From Myxococcota bacterium (GTDB lineage Bacteria; Myxococcota_A; SURF-8): DNA of 64,000 nt. How positions within the stretch are numbered: position 1 is the stretch's first letter; every line of letters starts with the position of its first letter. Below are positions 1 to 9,923 of this stretch, piece by piece. The DNA lies in contig OZ223209.1 of NCBI GenBank assembly GCA_965140415.1, positions 4,544,001-4,608,000 of the forward strand. The letters are read 5' to 3'. Made by a program: the position numbers and the translations under genes. The notes under the pieces are model-generated. The model had not been told where the DNA came from and did no database searches. It was given only the letters and a program-made list of their open reading frames with translations.

Positions 1-2070
1 TTCAAGCTCACGCTCTTCGTTTTCCACTTCCTCGATAAAGGACTTCACACGGTCCTCCACCAGCGTTTCCAGATCCGCGAAAAAGGTCTGCACCGAGCCA
101 TCCAGCCGATCCGCTCGCCCCTTGGCTTTTTCAACTCGCTCAAACAGCGCAATACCTTCCGGCGTCAATGCGGTGCGCATTCGCTCCAGCATATCTCTTT
201 CCTGCGCCATTGTTTCTTCCAGTTGCTTGCGGATACGCTCGTCCTGATCCCCGGCTTCATCGCCGATCTTGGCCATTTCCAGACCCTCGCGCACGGTCGA
301 TTGCATATCTTGCAGATAGTCCAGATTCGCCTGGATTTCCGCCCGCTCACGTTCGACCTTCTCTTTGACCTCGCGCAGGTAATTCTGACTCATCTTCGGA
401 TCGCCACGCAATTGTTCGTGACGCTCCAATATCAATGTCATTAACTGGTTAAGACCTTCCATCTGCAATTTAAGAGCATAAAGCGACTTATCGAAACTCT
501 CCAACTGCTGCACCTGCTTGTCACGCCGCTCCATCCGCTGCTGGGCGGTTTTGGGGATCTTGGCGTAGATTTCTTCCAGGTCGCGCCGCTTCTTTTGAAT
601 TTCCAAAAGCTTTTCGCGATCGGACTGGGTGAACTTCTCGCTGAACAACTGGTTGGTCAGGCGCGTCAACTCGCCACGAACTTCCGTCAAACCATGCTCG
701 ACTTCCACACCGGCCTCACGGCCTTCCCGCAGGTTGGGAAACAGATTGGCTTTGCTTTCCTGGTTAAGATGCACTTTCAACGCATCGATGATCTGATGCG
801 ATTCGGCGGCATCCTGCTGGCTCGCTTCCAGATTTCTTACCATACCCAGCGCATCGGAGACGCCTTCTTCCTGGCTGAGCCACTCCATTACGATGGGAGG
901 CAGCGTCGTTTCACGCCCCAGCACATGTTGCTGAATCTCTTCGGCGCGCTTTCCTTCCGATTCAACCAACATGCGATCCATCGTATCCACGACTGACGCA
1001 TACTTGTTGATCACGGTTTGGAAACTGTAGTTCGCATCGGAGAAGCGCCCTTCCCACAACAGGATGTTTCCTTTTAACACCTGAGAGTCCGGCGCATAGA
1101 TCGAGCCAGGCAGCGCCAGCAGAAGAATATCCAGTGTGTTGGCGGCTTCTGCGAACTTGCCTTCTTTAATGTAGATCCAGCAGACTTCATAGTAAGCCTG
1201 ATCGAAGAAGTCACTTTTAATCGGAATGAGGCGATATAACGAAAGCGCTTCGGATGAATTTCCTTGCTCGAAAAGAATTCTGGCCACGGCCAAGGTTGCC
1301 AGTTCGCGAATCGCGATGCTGCGCTTATCGTCTCCTTCCAGAGACATCAAATCACGGAAGGTCTCCCGCGCTTCATCCAACTTGTTCTGCTGAACGAGAA
1401 TAACGCCGGCAAAGTATTCCGCTTCGGCGTACTTGTTGCTGCTCATCGGAATCTGGCGGAAAATATGAAACGCACGATCCAGATAATTTTTCTTTTGCAA
1501 TGATTTGGCGAAGGCATATTGAATCAGATCCCAGCCCTCTCCGCCTTTAGCCGTATTCAAACGATCATAATAGTCTTCGGCATCTTCGAAGCGCCCCAAT
1601 TCCACGGAGATTTCGATCAGCCGTACAATCGCATCTCTGAAATGCGGGAACATATCGCCCCGAGCCACGACTTTTTCCAAATAAGTGCGGGCGGAAATGT
1701 AATTCCGGTCCCGGGAAAACGAATCGCCCAGATACCAGATCAGGTCGTAGTATTCGGCCCGGCGTTCAATGTTGGGATAATTGATCAGATCGGAAAAAAT
1801 AATCGAGGCATGCACGAAATCGCCGTCGTTGTACAGAAAGACCGCACGCTCGAAACGGCGCGTGAAATACTCCACTCCAGACATTTCCAGCGGCTTGACA
1901 TAACGTCCGCGCATCTCGGCTACATTCGATTCCATGTAGTCGAGCCGCTTTTCCAGATCGCCAAGATCTCCGGCCATGTCGGCATGAGCCATCGGCATCC
2001 ACACGCACAGCGCGACGAAGATCCCTACGACTCCGAATACTGTATCTTGCACCCTGTCGGCAATTCGCAT
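1..2070 (-). CDS. Secreted TPR-repeat / coiled-coil envelope protein (runs off the window start, >690 aa; absent from the ORF track)
   Basis: Manual translation from ATG at 2070 (MRIADRVQDTVFGVVGIFVALCVWMPMAHA, signal peptide) stays in frame in the segments checked down to base 1 (..EVENEERELE). TPR-like helices such as IRELATLAVARILFEQG and FDQAYYEVCWIYIKEGKFAEAA. Confidence 0.8.
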   Translation of the reverse strand, partial: MRIADRVQDTVFGVVGIFVALCVWMPMAHADMAGDLGDLEKRLDYMESNVAEMRGRYVKPLEMSGVEYFTRRFERAVFLYNDGDFVHASIIFSDLINYPNIERRAEYYDLIWYLGDSFSRDRNYISARTYLEKVVARGDMFPHFRDAIVRLIEISVELGRFEDAEDYYDRLNTAKGGEGWDLIQYAFAKSLQKKNYLDRAFHIFRQIPMSSNKYAEAEYFAGVILVQQNKLDEARETFRDLMSLEGDDKRSIAIRELATLAVARILFEQGNSSEALSLYRLIPIKSDFFDQAYYEVCWIYIKEGKFAEAANTLDILLLALPGSIYAPDSQVLKGNILLWEGRFSDANYSFQTVINKYASVVDTMDRMLVESEGKRAEEIQQHVLGRETTLPPIVMEWLSQEEGVSDALGMVRNLEASQQDAAESHQIIDALKVHLNQESKANLFPNLREGREAGVEVEHGLTEVRGELTRLTNQLFSEKFTQSDREKLLEIQKKRRDLEEIYAKIPKTAQQRMERRDKQVQQLESFDKSLYALKLQMEGLNQLMTLILERHEQLRGDPKMSQNYLREVKEKVERERAEIQANLDYLQDMQSTVREGLEMAKIGDEAGDQDERIRKQLEETMAQERDMLERMRTALTPEGIALFERVEKAKGRADRLDGSVQTFFADLETLVEDRVKSFIEEVENEERELE

Positions 2071-2141
2071 TGTTACGTGCCCCGTCCTAACAGTTCACCT
2101 GCGCCTGGTTCTGACCGGCCATACGGATTGGCAGACCGTTC

Positions 2142-2867
2142 CTACCCTTCCACATCGCTGCCCTTGTCATCCTGCTTATCTTCGAGATTTTCTTCCTGAA
2201 GGTCGTAGAAATGAGTCTGGTATTTAACAGCCGGGCGCTCTTCAAATCGAGCAGTCGAGCCACCCTTATCGTAGCCGACGACATCGATCTTTGTGATTTT
2301 GCCTTCTTCGGCCTTGAACGTGTAAGAAGACTTCAGCTTGACCTGAATTCCTTCCACATAAACAAACACGGCGGAATGACCGCGATACACCATGTACACA
2401 GACAGCAGGTGATTTCCCGGTTGAATCGTACCGTTGTAAATTTCGATTTCCTTGTCGTTGTTCAAATCACCATCGATATCGATCTTACCGAAAATCGGAG
2501 CACCATCGAGGTAATAGGCAACGCTTTCAAGCTTGTAAACGGAGCCGATGTCATTTTTGTGGGTAATTACGGATTTGCTTCCGGCAATCACGCCATGAAG
2601 AATGGTTTCCTGCAACAACAACAAGCGGGTTTTGGAACGGAAAATTTTTTCCTTGAGCTGATTGACTTTCTCTTCCAACTGCTTCAGCTTCAACTCGTAT
2701 GCATCGTCACCGGAAGCCATGACTGGCGAGCTTTCCGGCTGTACGGCTGCCCCTTGCTCATTACCGGAAGCCTCCGGCGCTGCTTGCTGCGCCCACAGTG
2801 TCTGACATGTAAAAAGCAATGTCAGAGTAACCGCACAAATTGCAATACTCAACCGAGCTGCCCGCAT
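2142..2867 (-). CDS. Secreted protein with a coiled coil and a beta-sandwich-like C-terminus, upstream partner of the TPR gene
   Basis: GGGAGG RBS before ATG 2867; signal peptide MRAARLSIAICAVTLTLLFTCQTLWA; heptads YELKLKQLEEKVNQLKEKIF; co-oriented with the TPR gene. Confidence 0.75.
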   Translation of the reverse strand: MRAARLSIAICAVTLTLLFTCQTLWAQQAAPEASGNEQGAAVQPESSPVMASGDDAYELKLKQLEEKVNQLKEKIFRSKTRLLLLQETILHGVIAGSKSVITHKNDIGSVYKLESVAYYLDGAPIFGKIDIDGDLNNDKEIEIYNGTIQPGNHLLSVYMVYRGHSAVFVYVEGIQVKLKSSYTFKAEEGKITKIDVVGYDKGGSTARFEERPAVKYQTHFYDLQEENLEDKQDDKGSDVEG

Positions 2868-3189
2868 GTTTATCCTCCCTAAGACGCCGATTCGAACGGG
2901 AATACCACACAATGTCCGAAAACACGGCAGATATCTTTGACTTTCCAACGTATCGAAAAATAGCAAACCCCACCGGGACTGTCAACGCTTTTTCCCCGGT
3001 ATGATATGTACATACGCGTCTTCTGCGTAATTGCTGACTACTACTTAGTCTCCCCTTTTCGCCTGTACCAGTATGATCTCCAACTCTAGTACTATCGGCT
3101 TACAACCACTTTAAGTTCAATCATTCTACTAAATAAGAGGGATAGCCGCAAGCAAATTAAATACAATCTGGCAAATTGGCAGAACAAGT

Positions 3190-3244
3190 CAGTTCTCCAT
3201 CAGTTCTCCATCGGGTTGACAAATCTCCAATATCAATTCAGAAT
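3190..3244 (+). promoter_or_regulatory. Sigma70-like promoter (TTGACA-N17-CAGAAT) preceded by an 11-bp tandem direct repeat
   Basis: TTGACA 3216-3221, CAGAAT 3239-3244; CAGTTCTCCAT x2 at 3190-3211. Confidence 0.5.
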
Positions 3245-3306
3245 ATCGGCAGCAATCGCAATTGATTCAATTTGGAGATCATTTTTTTTCGATCAAGGAG
3301 ACCTTA

Positions 3307-4227
3307 TTGCATTCCACTTATCCACCAAAACTACAACCAGGCGATACCATCGGCCTGGTCGCTCCCAGCAGTCCCTTTTTGCGCGAACGCATGGACGTCG
3401 GCGTCAACCTGCTTGAATCACTAGGATTTAGGACAACTTACGAATCCGGTCTGTTTGAAAAAGAGGATTATCTGGCAGGAAGCGATCAACATCGCTGCCA
3501 GCAACTGCAACATCTGTTTGCAGATCCGCAGGTGCGCGCCATCTGGGCAGTTCGCGGCGGCTACGGCTCCATGCGATTGCTAACCGATTTGGATTATTCT
3601 CTCATACGACAAACTCCAAAACTTCTATTGGGCTTTTCCGATATCACCGCGCTGCATTCGGCGCTTTACACCCATGCCGGATTACCGGGTATTCACGGTC
3701 CGAATATCGGTTCGCTGCCCGATGCTTCAATTGAGCTTCGGAATCATCTATTCGCTTTGATTGCGGGCGAAACCACCGACATCGACCTCTTTCCGCAACC
3801 CCTTTCCTGCTGGAATCCAGGAACGGCGGAAGGTTGGCTGCTGCCCGCGAATCTGTCGATTTTATCGGCGCTGGGCGGCACTCCCTATCGTCCCGATCTG
3901 AATGGCGCGATCCTGCTGCTGGAAGATGTCGACGAAAGCGCCTACCGCGTGGACCGCATGCTCACTCAACTGGAACTGGCTGGAGATCTGGATCGAATTG
4001 CGGCGCTGGCGATAGGACAGTTTACAACCCAATTGAACGATCCGGAGGAGCACAAGCGTCTGGTGAAAAAGCGAATTCTGCAACTAGCGAAGCGGCATCA
4101 TCTGCCGGTGCTGGGTGATTGTCCATTCGGACATGTCAACGAAAATTATCCGATTCCGGTTGGCTTGCGCGCAAGACTCGACGCGGAGGCAGAACGTATC
4201 ACATTGTTGGATTCTCCGGTGCGCTAG
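3307..4227 (+). CDS. ldcA: LD-carboxypeptidase (peptidase S66, muramoyltetrapeptide carboxypeptidase)
   Basis: RGGYGS, GFSD (Ser), LLEDVDE (Glu), FGH (His) triad motifs; AAGGAG RBS before TTG 3307. Confidence 0.9.
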   Translation: MHSTYPPKLQPGDTIGLVAPSSPFLRERMDVGVNLLESLGFRTTYESGLFEKEDYLAGSDQHRCQQLQHLFADPQVRAIWAVRGGYGSMRLLTDLDYSLIRQTPKLLLGFSDITALHSALYTHAGLPGIHGPNIGSLPDASIELRNHLFALIAGETTDIDLFPQPLSCWNPGTAEGWLLPANLSILSALGGTPYRPDLNGAILLLEDVDESAYRVDRMLTQLELAGDLDRIAALAIGQFTTQLNDPEEHKRLVKKRILQLAKRHHLPVLGDCPFGHVNENYPIPVGLRARLDAEAERITLLDSPVR

Positions 4228-4273
4228 CCCGTACCGCTATTTGCAGTACCCTTTACGATTGGAACACCATCTC

Positions 4274-6805
4274 ATGGATTTCAGTAGCATCTATCAATTA
4301 CTCGACGACGCCATCGCGCAGTCCGTCTGTTCCGCCGCCTCATTGGTCGTGGTTTACAAAGGGCAACCAGTCTATTCTCAAACGTTTGGGAGCGAGCATG
4401 GCGGCGAAGACGCCCTTTCCTGTGACGACAGCAGCCTTTTCGATCTGGCTTCATTGACCAAGCCGCTGGTGGTCGCTACGTTGACGGCACGCTTCCTGCA
4501 CCAGGATCGACTTAGCCTGAACGAACCGGTCTCCCGCTATCTAGGCGACTGGTCGCATGGTAAAAAAGCGCGTGTGCAGCTTAGACATCTTTTAGAACAC
4601 AGCAGCGGCTTACCTGCCTGGAAGCCCTATTTCGAACAACTGGCGCTGGGCGACAACCCCCGAGCGACTCTGATTCATGCCGTTTCGGCGGAAGAACTGC
4701 AAAGCGAACCGGGCGTAAAGTCCGTGTACAGCGATCTGGATTACATGTTATTGGGAACGATACTGGAACAGGTTGGCGGGGATCGATTGGATCACTTGTT
4801 CCAACAGCACATCTGCGACATCCTTGGAATTACAGACCTCTTTTTCCTGCCACTCGACGAAAAAGAAACTGACACTCGCCTGCAAGGACGTACAATCGTC
4901 GCCACGGAAATCTGCCCACGCCGAGGTCTGCTGCAAGGTCAGGTGCATGACGACAATGCCTTCGTCGTTGGCGGAGTATGCGGACATGCCGGTTTGTTCG
5001 GCACGGCGCAAGCGGTAATGAAACTCCTTCAGCAATGGCAGGCCGCACTGGATGGCAAAGGCCATTTATTCGATCGGCGCTGCGCCCATGCTTTCGTCTA
5101 TCCGCAAGCCAGCCCGCCGCCGCAAAGTTCCTACATTCCCGGCTGGGATCGTCCCGTCTGGAAAACCTCGCAGGCCGGGCGGCATATTTCGCCTCATAGC
5201 ATCGGCCATTTGGGATTTACCGGCGTCTCCGCCTGGCTGGATCACGAACGGCAGGTCGCAGTCGTCTTATTGACGAACCGCGTGCATCCCTCGCGAGACG
5301 ACGAACGCCATATTCCACTGCGACGCGAGATTCATACCCGCATTTTCGAAATTCTTGGAGAAACCGCACCCGGTCCTTTCTGCGCGTTTACCGATCCGAA
5401 TGCGGTCAAGAACGTGCATTTAGTGGGCGTGGCCGGCACCGGAATGGGATCGCTGGCAGGAATGCTAAAAAGTGCCGGTTATAACGTCACCGGATCGGAT
5501 CAGGCGATTTATCCTCCCATGTCTATCCTATTGGAAAAACAGAAGATTCCTGTGAAGCAGCCTTTCGCCTCAGCGAATCTACAACCGCCACCGGATCTGG
5601 CGATTGTGGGCAATGTCTGCACCCGCGATCATGTGGAAGTTGTTGAAATCAAAAGGAAAGATATTCCACACGATTCTTTCGCGGGTACCTTGGAACGGTT
5701 TTTCCTGGCCGGAAAAAAATCGCTGGTTGTGGCAGGAACGCACGGTAAAACCACCACAAGTTCCCTCATGGCGCACCTGTTGGACCAGTGCGAACTGGAC
5801 CCGAGTTTCATGATCGGCGGGCTGGTGCAGAACTTCCACGCCAATTACAAACTGGGTTCGGGAGACTATTTTGTCATTGAAGGCGACGAGTACGATTCCG
5901 CCTATTTCGACAAGTACCCGAAATTTTTGCACTATTGCCCGTTCGGTGCCATCGTGACAAGCATCGAATTCGATCACGCGGACATTTTCGATTCGGTGGA
6001 GAAAATTCAGCAGCATTTTGAATCCTTTGTCAAACTGATCCCTTCAGATGGTGTGTTGGCGGTCTGCTGGGATTATGAGCGCGTTCGCGAAGTCGCCAAA
6101 AAGGCAAATTGCAAAGTACTTCGCTACGGTCAACACCCAGAAGCCGATGTCCGTGCGGAGAACGTTTGCGAAACCGAAGACGGAATTTCCTTCTCGCTGG
6201 TTGCACCTGGCATTCAACCGCAAGCAATGGAACTCCCGATGTCGGGGCGGCACAATCTCGATAACACCCTGGGAGTATTGGCTTTATTGCTCTCACAAGG
6301 ATTGTCTCCGCAAGCACTGGCAAACGGATTGCCCTCGTTTTTAGGTGTGGCCCGGCGTCAGCAGGTGCGCGGCATCGAAAACGGGGTGCGCGTGATCGAC
6401 GATTTCGCCCATCATCCGACCGCCATTGCCGTGACGTTGGCCGGACTTCGTCAGCGCTATCCCAAGGGTCGTTTGCTGGTTGCCTTCGATCCTCGAACCA
6501 ATACCACCAGCCGCAATATTTTTCAAAAGGAACTTTCCGAGTGCTTCTCTTCCGCAGATCTGGTTTGGATCGGCAAGCCGTCGCGTTCCGATCGCATCGC
6601 GCCGGAAGATCGCCTGGACCCGGAGAAACTTGCGAAAGATATTTGCAGCCGGGGCAAAGAGGCTCATCACGTTGCCGAAAGCGAGCAGATCGCTGTTGAA
6701 ATGGCAACCGCCGCCCAGGATCAAGATACAATCGCTGTGCTCAGTAATGGCAGTTTCGGCGGACTGCACGAGAAACTGCTGGAGCAATTGCGCCGGAAAG
6801 CCTGA
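4274..6805 (+). CDS. mpl: Fusion of a beta-lactamase-family serine hydrolase (approx. 4274-5360) and murein peptide ligase Mpl (approx. 5410-6805)
   Basis: N-half: FDLASLTK (SxxK), YSD, GHLGFTG, LTNRVHP. C-half: VHLVGVAGTGMGSLA, VAGTHGKTTT, IEGDEYDSAYFDK, DDFAHHPTAI. Confidence 0.88.
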   Translation: MDFSSIYQLLDDAIAQSVCSAASLVVVYKGQPVYSQTFGSEHGGEDALSCDDSSLFDLASLTKPLVVATLTARFLHQDRLSLNEPVSRYLGDWSHGKKARVQLRHLLEHSSGLPAWKPYFEQLALGDNPRATLIHAVSAEELQSEPGVKSVYSDLDYMLLGTILEQVGGDRLDHLFQQHICDILGITDLFFLPLDEKETDTRLQGRTIVATEICPRRGLLQGQVHDDNAFVVGGVCGHAGLFGTAQAVMKLLQQWQAALDGKGHLFDRRCAHAFVYPQASPPPQSSYIPGWDRPVWKTSQAGRHISPHSIGHLGFTGVSAWLDHERQVAVVLLTNRVHPSRDDERHIPLRREIHTRIFEILGETAPGPFCAFTDPNAVKNVHLVGVAGTGMGSLAGMLKSAGYNVTGSDQAIYPPMSILLEKQKIPVKQPFASANLQPPPDLAIVGNVCTRDHVEVVEIKRKDIPHDSFAGTLERFFLAGKKSLVVAGTHGKTTTSSLMAHLLDQCELDPSFMIGGLVQNFHANYKLGSGDYFVIEGDEYDSAYFDKYPKFLHYCPFGAIVTSIEFDHADIFDSVEKIQQHFESFVKLIPSDGVLAVCWDYERVREVAKKANCKVLRYGQHPEADVRAENVCETEDGISFSLVAPGIQPQAMELPMSGRHNLDNTLGVLALLLSQGLSPQALANGLPSFLGVARRQQVRGIENGVRVIDDFAHHPTAIAVTLAGLRQRYPKGRLLVAFDPRTNTTSRNIFQKELSECFSSADLVWIGKPSRSDRIAPEDRLDPEKLAKDICSRGKEAHHVAESEQIAVEMATAAQDQDTIAVLSNGSFGGLHEKLLEQLRRKA

Positions 6806-6991
6806 GCGACTCGCTGCCCAATTGAGTTTCGCTGTACTCCACAGGGTTTCAGCATGCGAATCGCTACAATTCAAACCACCGGGATAGATTGACTTTTCCC
6901 ACCGATTCCGCTATGACACCGGGCAGTCCGAGAAACCGTCGCCCTCCATCGATTGCTTCGCTGGCATGGGCGTTTGCCGTGAGGAATAACT

Positions 6992-9901
6992 ATGTTCAAG
7001 CAGCCCCGTTTTCAGCACACTGTAGGCTTTTCCCGTCCGCGCCTCGTTCTTGCCAGGCTTATGGCAATAGTCCTTCTGGCTTTGACGGCCTTGGCCGCAA
7101 GCGGTTGCAGCGACGACTTCGTCATGGTCTGTATGCCCGGCTTGTATCGTTGCGGCGGCGAAGAAGGACACTTGCTGCAACGTTGCGACAGCACGGCGGC
7201 GCGCTGGGAAACGTTGTTAGACTGCCAGGACATGGGCGAGAGATATACCTGCGATCAGGGTTCCTGTGTAAACCCCGATGCCGATGGCGATCAGGATAGC
7301 GAGCAGAGTGAAGAAGAACTGGGCGCTTGTATGGACGATCTGGACTGCCAGGAAACCGCCGCCTGCATCGATGACCTCTGCGTTGAAAACGCCGAAGTTC
7401 GCTACGACCTCGATGTGCGAGGCGCGACTCTGGTTTATCGCAACGACAGCGGGCGCATCGACCTGTACGACACCGATGGCGCATGGCTGCTGAAAGGCGG
7501 CTATGCCGAAACATTATTGGACGAGTTGGACGAAGGCCATTCGCTTGCCACTTCGACCGTTTCCGCCGCCCGACGCAGTGTTAGCACCGGAACGGGACAG
7601 GATCAACTGGGACGTTACGAAGAATTGGAAATCACCCTCGCGGCAGAAGCAAACGAACCGGAAATGCGCTGGGTCATTCGAGGGTATAACGAGCTTGGAT
7701 TTTACACGTTCCGCATTCGCCTGATCAACGACAGCACGGAAACCATACAGATCGCCAAGCTGGCCGTATTGAAGACCGAAGGCTCTGAAAATGGCGGTCT
7801 GTGGCTGGGAAATTCTCCCGCGACGCATCGCATCTGGGAAAACGGCTCCCACACCCTGGCAGATCATGTCGTGGAGATCCGCCCCGGCGACACCCAACCG
7901 GATGTTTTCCTAAGCAGCGCGGCACCGGGCGATTACCAAGGCTACTCCGCTTCCAACTGGAATCACCTGCTCTACGATCTGGACAGCCAGAAAAGCTGGG
8001 TGGCCGGTGCCTTGACCACCGAAACCAGTTCGCCGATCATCAACCTGAGCTACGAAGCAGGCGACTCGCTCACCTCACCCGACGGGCGCTCCTCATTCAG
8101 CTATTTCTCCATGGAAGCCGCCATGCTGCCGCATCCCAAACCGGTTACAGCCGGTGAGCGGTTTTCTTCCGAGCGCTATTACGTGCATCCTTCCAAATCG
8201 AATCCGCTATCGGCTTTGGAAAATTACGCACTGACCACCAAGCAGCAAATGGGCATCGTGCTATGGACCGAACGCAAAAAAGGCAACCGTGTTCCCAACG
8301 GCTGGAACAGTTGGAGCGGATCGAGCCTCACCGGCGGCTACGGCACGGATATTACCGAAGAGATCATCCTGGCCAATCTGGACGTCATGGCCAGCGAATT
8401 CAAGGACTGGGGCATAGACTGGTTCCAGGTGGACGACGGCTACCAGTCCGCCTACGGCGATTGGTGGTGGCGCGAAGATCGTTTCCCGCACGGACCGAAA
8501 TGGCTTTCGGATCAGATTCGTGCGCGCGGTTTCAAGCCCGGCTTGTGGATGGCTCCCTTCACTTTCAAGGAAAACAGCGAAACTGCCGAAGCACACCCGA
8601 ACTGGATTGCGGACAAATCTCCCGCCGGAGCCTTGTTGGCCACCCAATACGATCTGATGGATCTGACAAACCCCGAGGCGCGCGACCACATCCGGGAACT
8701 GTTCCGAACCTTCACCGAAGACTGGGGCTTTGACTGGCTGAAAATGGACTTTTCCTACTGGGCGCTTTTAGGAGACAATTTCTACGATCCCAGCCAGACC
8801 CGCGAAGAAGCGTATCGTTCGGCGGCAGGAATCATCCGCGAGCAACTGGGCGATGACCGTTTCTTCCTGGCCGTCTCGGCCATGGGCGCGCATTACGGAA
8901 TCGCCGATGCGGATCGCATCACGATGGACAATGCACCGGTTTGGGATTTCGAACCCGGAATGGACGCTGAAGATCGATTCAACCAACAGGGAATGAAACC
9001 GACCATGCGCACCGTGGCGCGGCGATACTATCTGCACAATCGCTTGTGGATCAACCACCCGGATCTGATCATCTTCCGGTCCAATACGAAAGACGACACC
9101 TGGCCGCGCATCAGCTTCCAGGAAACACAGGCTTTCTGTAGTTTCGTGGGCTTATCCGGCGGCATCGTGAAAATGGGCGACAAACTGGTGGACATGGGTG
9201 TCCAGGAAATCAACGCCGTACGCAAACTGTTGCCCATTTACGGCAAGGGCGCGCGTCCATTGGATATTCTGGAACGCGAATACCCGCAAGTATGGCACCT
9301 GCCGATCTCTTCGACACTCGACGGCTACGGCGAAACCTACGACGTTATCGGTCTGTTTAACTGGGGCATGAACTGGGATATGACACAGAACCCCTACGTC
9401 TATCAACCCGACGAGTTGCAGCCCGTCACGTACAACGAAGATCTGCGCCGCTTCAACCTGGATGCAAGCAGCAGCTATCTGGCGTATGAATTCTGGACCG
9501 AAACCTTCCTGGGCGAGTTGACCGAAGGGACGTTGCAACTGGAAGTGCCCTCCCATGCTGCACGCGTCGTGGCGTTGCGCAAGAAAACCGGTGTGCCGCA
9601 GTTTTTGGGCTGGAACCGACAGATCACCATGGGCGCAACCGATTTGAAATCGGTATCATTCGACACGTTTGAAAACAGCCTGACTGTCAGTACAAAGGTC
9701 GCCAAGGATACACCGCGCGCGCCCTTTACCTATCGGATGTCGTTTTACGTGCCAGAAGGATACGCGTTCGACAGCGCTTCCTATTCGGGGGACGCCGTAA
9801 GCTATCACGAAGAGAAAACGGAACGTGGCGGACGCCTGCTGAAAATCGCCTTTATTCCCACCAAAACCGGCAACGTAACGGTGACTCTGGCGTTTAAGTA
9901 A
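6992..9901 (+). CDS. Lipoprotein alpha-galactosidase-like glycoside hydrolase (GH36, clan D) with an N-terminal Cys-rich module
   Basis: Lipobox AASGC; GWNSW, FQVDDGYQ, PGLWMAPF, GFDWLKMDF (nucleophile), RITMDN (acid/base); GAGGA RBS. Confidence 0.82.
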   Translation: MFKQPRFQHTVGFSRPRLVLARLMAIVLLALTALAASGCSDDFVMVCMPGLYRCGGEEGHLLQRCDSTAARWETLLDCQDMGERYTCDQGSCVNPDADGDQDSEQSEEELGACMDDLDCQETAACIDDLCVENAEVRYDLDVRGATLVYRNDSGRIDLYDTDGAWLLKGGYAETLLDELDEGHSLATSTVSAARRSVSTGTGQDQLGRYEELEITLAAEANEPEMRWVIRGYNELGFYTFRIRLINDSTETIQIAKLAVLKTEGSENGGLWLGNSPATHRIWENGSHTLADHVVEIRPGDTQPDVFLSSAAPGDYQGYSASNWNHLLYDLDSQKSWVAGALTTETSSPIINLSYEAGDSLTSPDGRSSFSYFSMEAAMLPHPKPVTAGERFSSERYYVHPSKSNPLSALENYALTTKQQMGIVLWTERKKGNRVPNGWNSWSGSSLTGGYGTDITEEIILANLDVMASEFKDWGIDWFQVDDGYQSAYGDWWWREDRFPHGPKWLSDQIRARGFKPGLWMAPFTFKENSETAEAHPNWIADKSPAGALLATQYDLMDLTNPEARDHIRELFRTFTEDWGFDWLKMDFSYWALLGDNFYDPSQTREEAYRSAAGIIREQLGDDRFFLAVSAMGAHYGIADADRITMDNAPVWDFEPGMDAEDRFNQQGMKPTMRTVARRYYLHNRLWINHPDLIIFRSNTKDDTWPRISFQETQAFCSFVGLSGGIVKMGDKLVDMGVQEINAVRKLLPIYGKGARPLDILEREYPQVWHLPISSTLDGYGETYDVIGLFNWGMNWDMTQNPYVYQPDELQPVTYNEDLRRFNLDASSSYLAYEFWTETFLGELTEGTLQLEVPSHAARVVALRKKTGVPQFLGWNRQITMGATDLKSVSFDTFENSLTVSTKVAKDTPRAPFTYRMSFYVPEGYAFDSASYSGDAVSYHEEKTERGGRLLKIAFIPTKTGNVTVTLAFK

Positions 9902-9923
9902 GGCATAAACAAAAGGTTCAACC

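Noticed and set aside
6806-6991. TPP riboswitch upstream of the GH36-thiM-thiE unit
   Set aside because: The conserved CTGAGA and ACCTGA..TAAT..GCGNAGG elements are not found.
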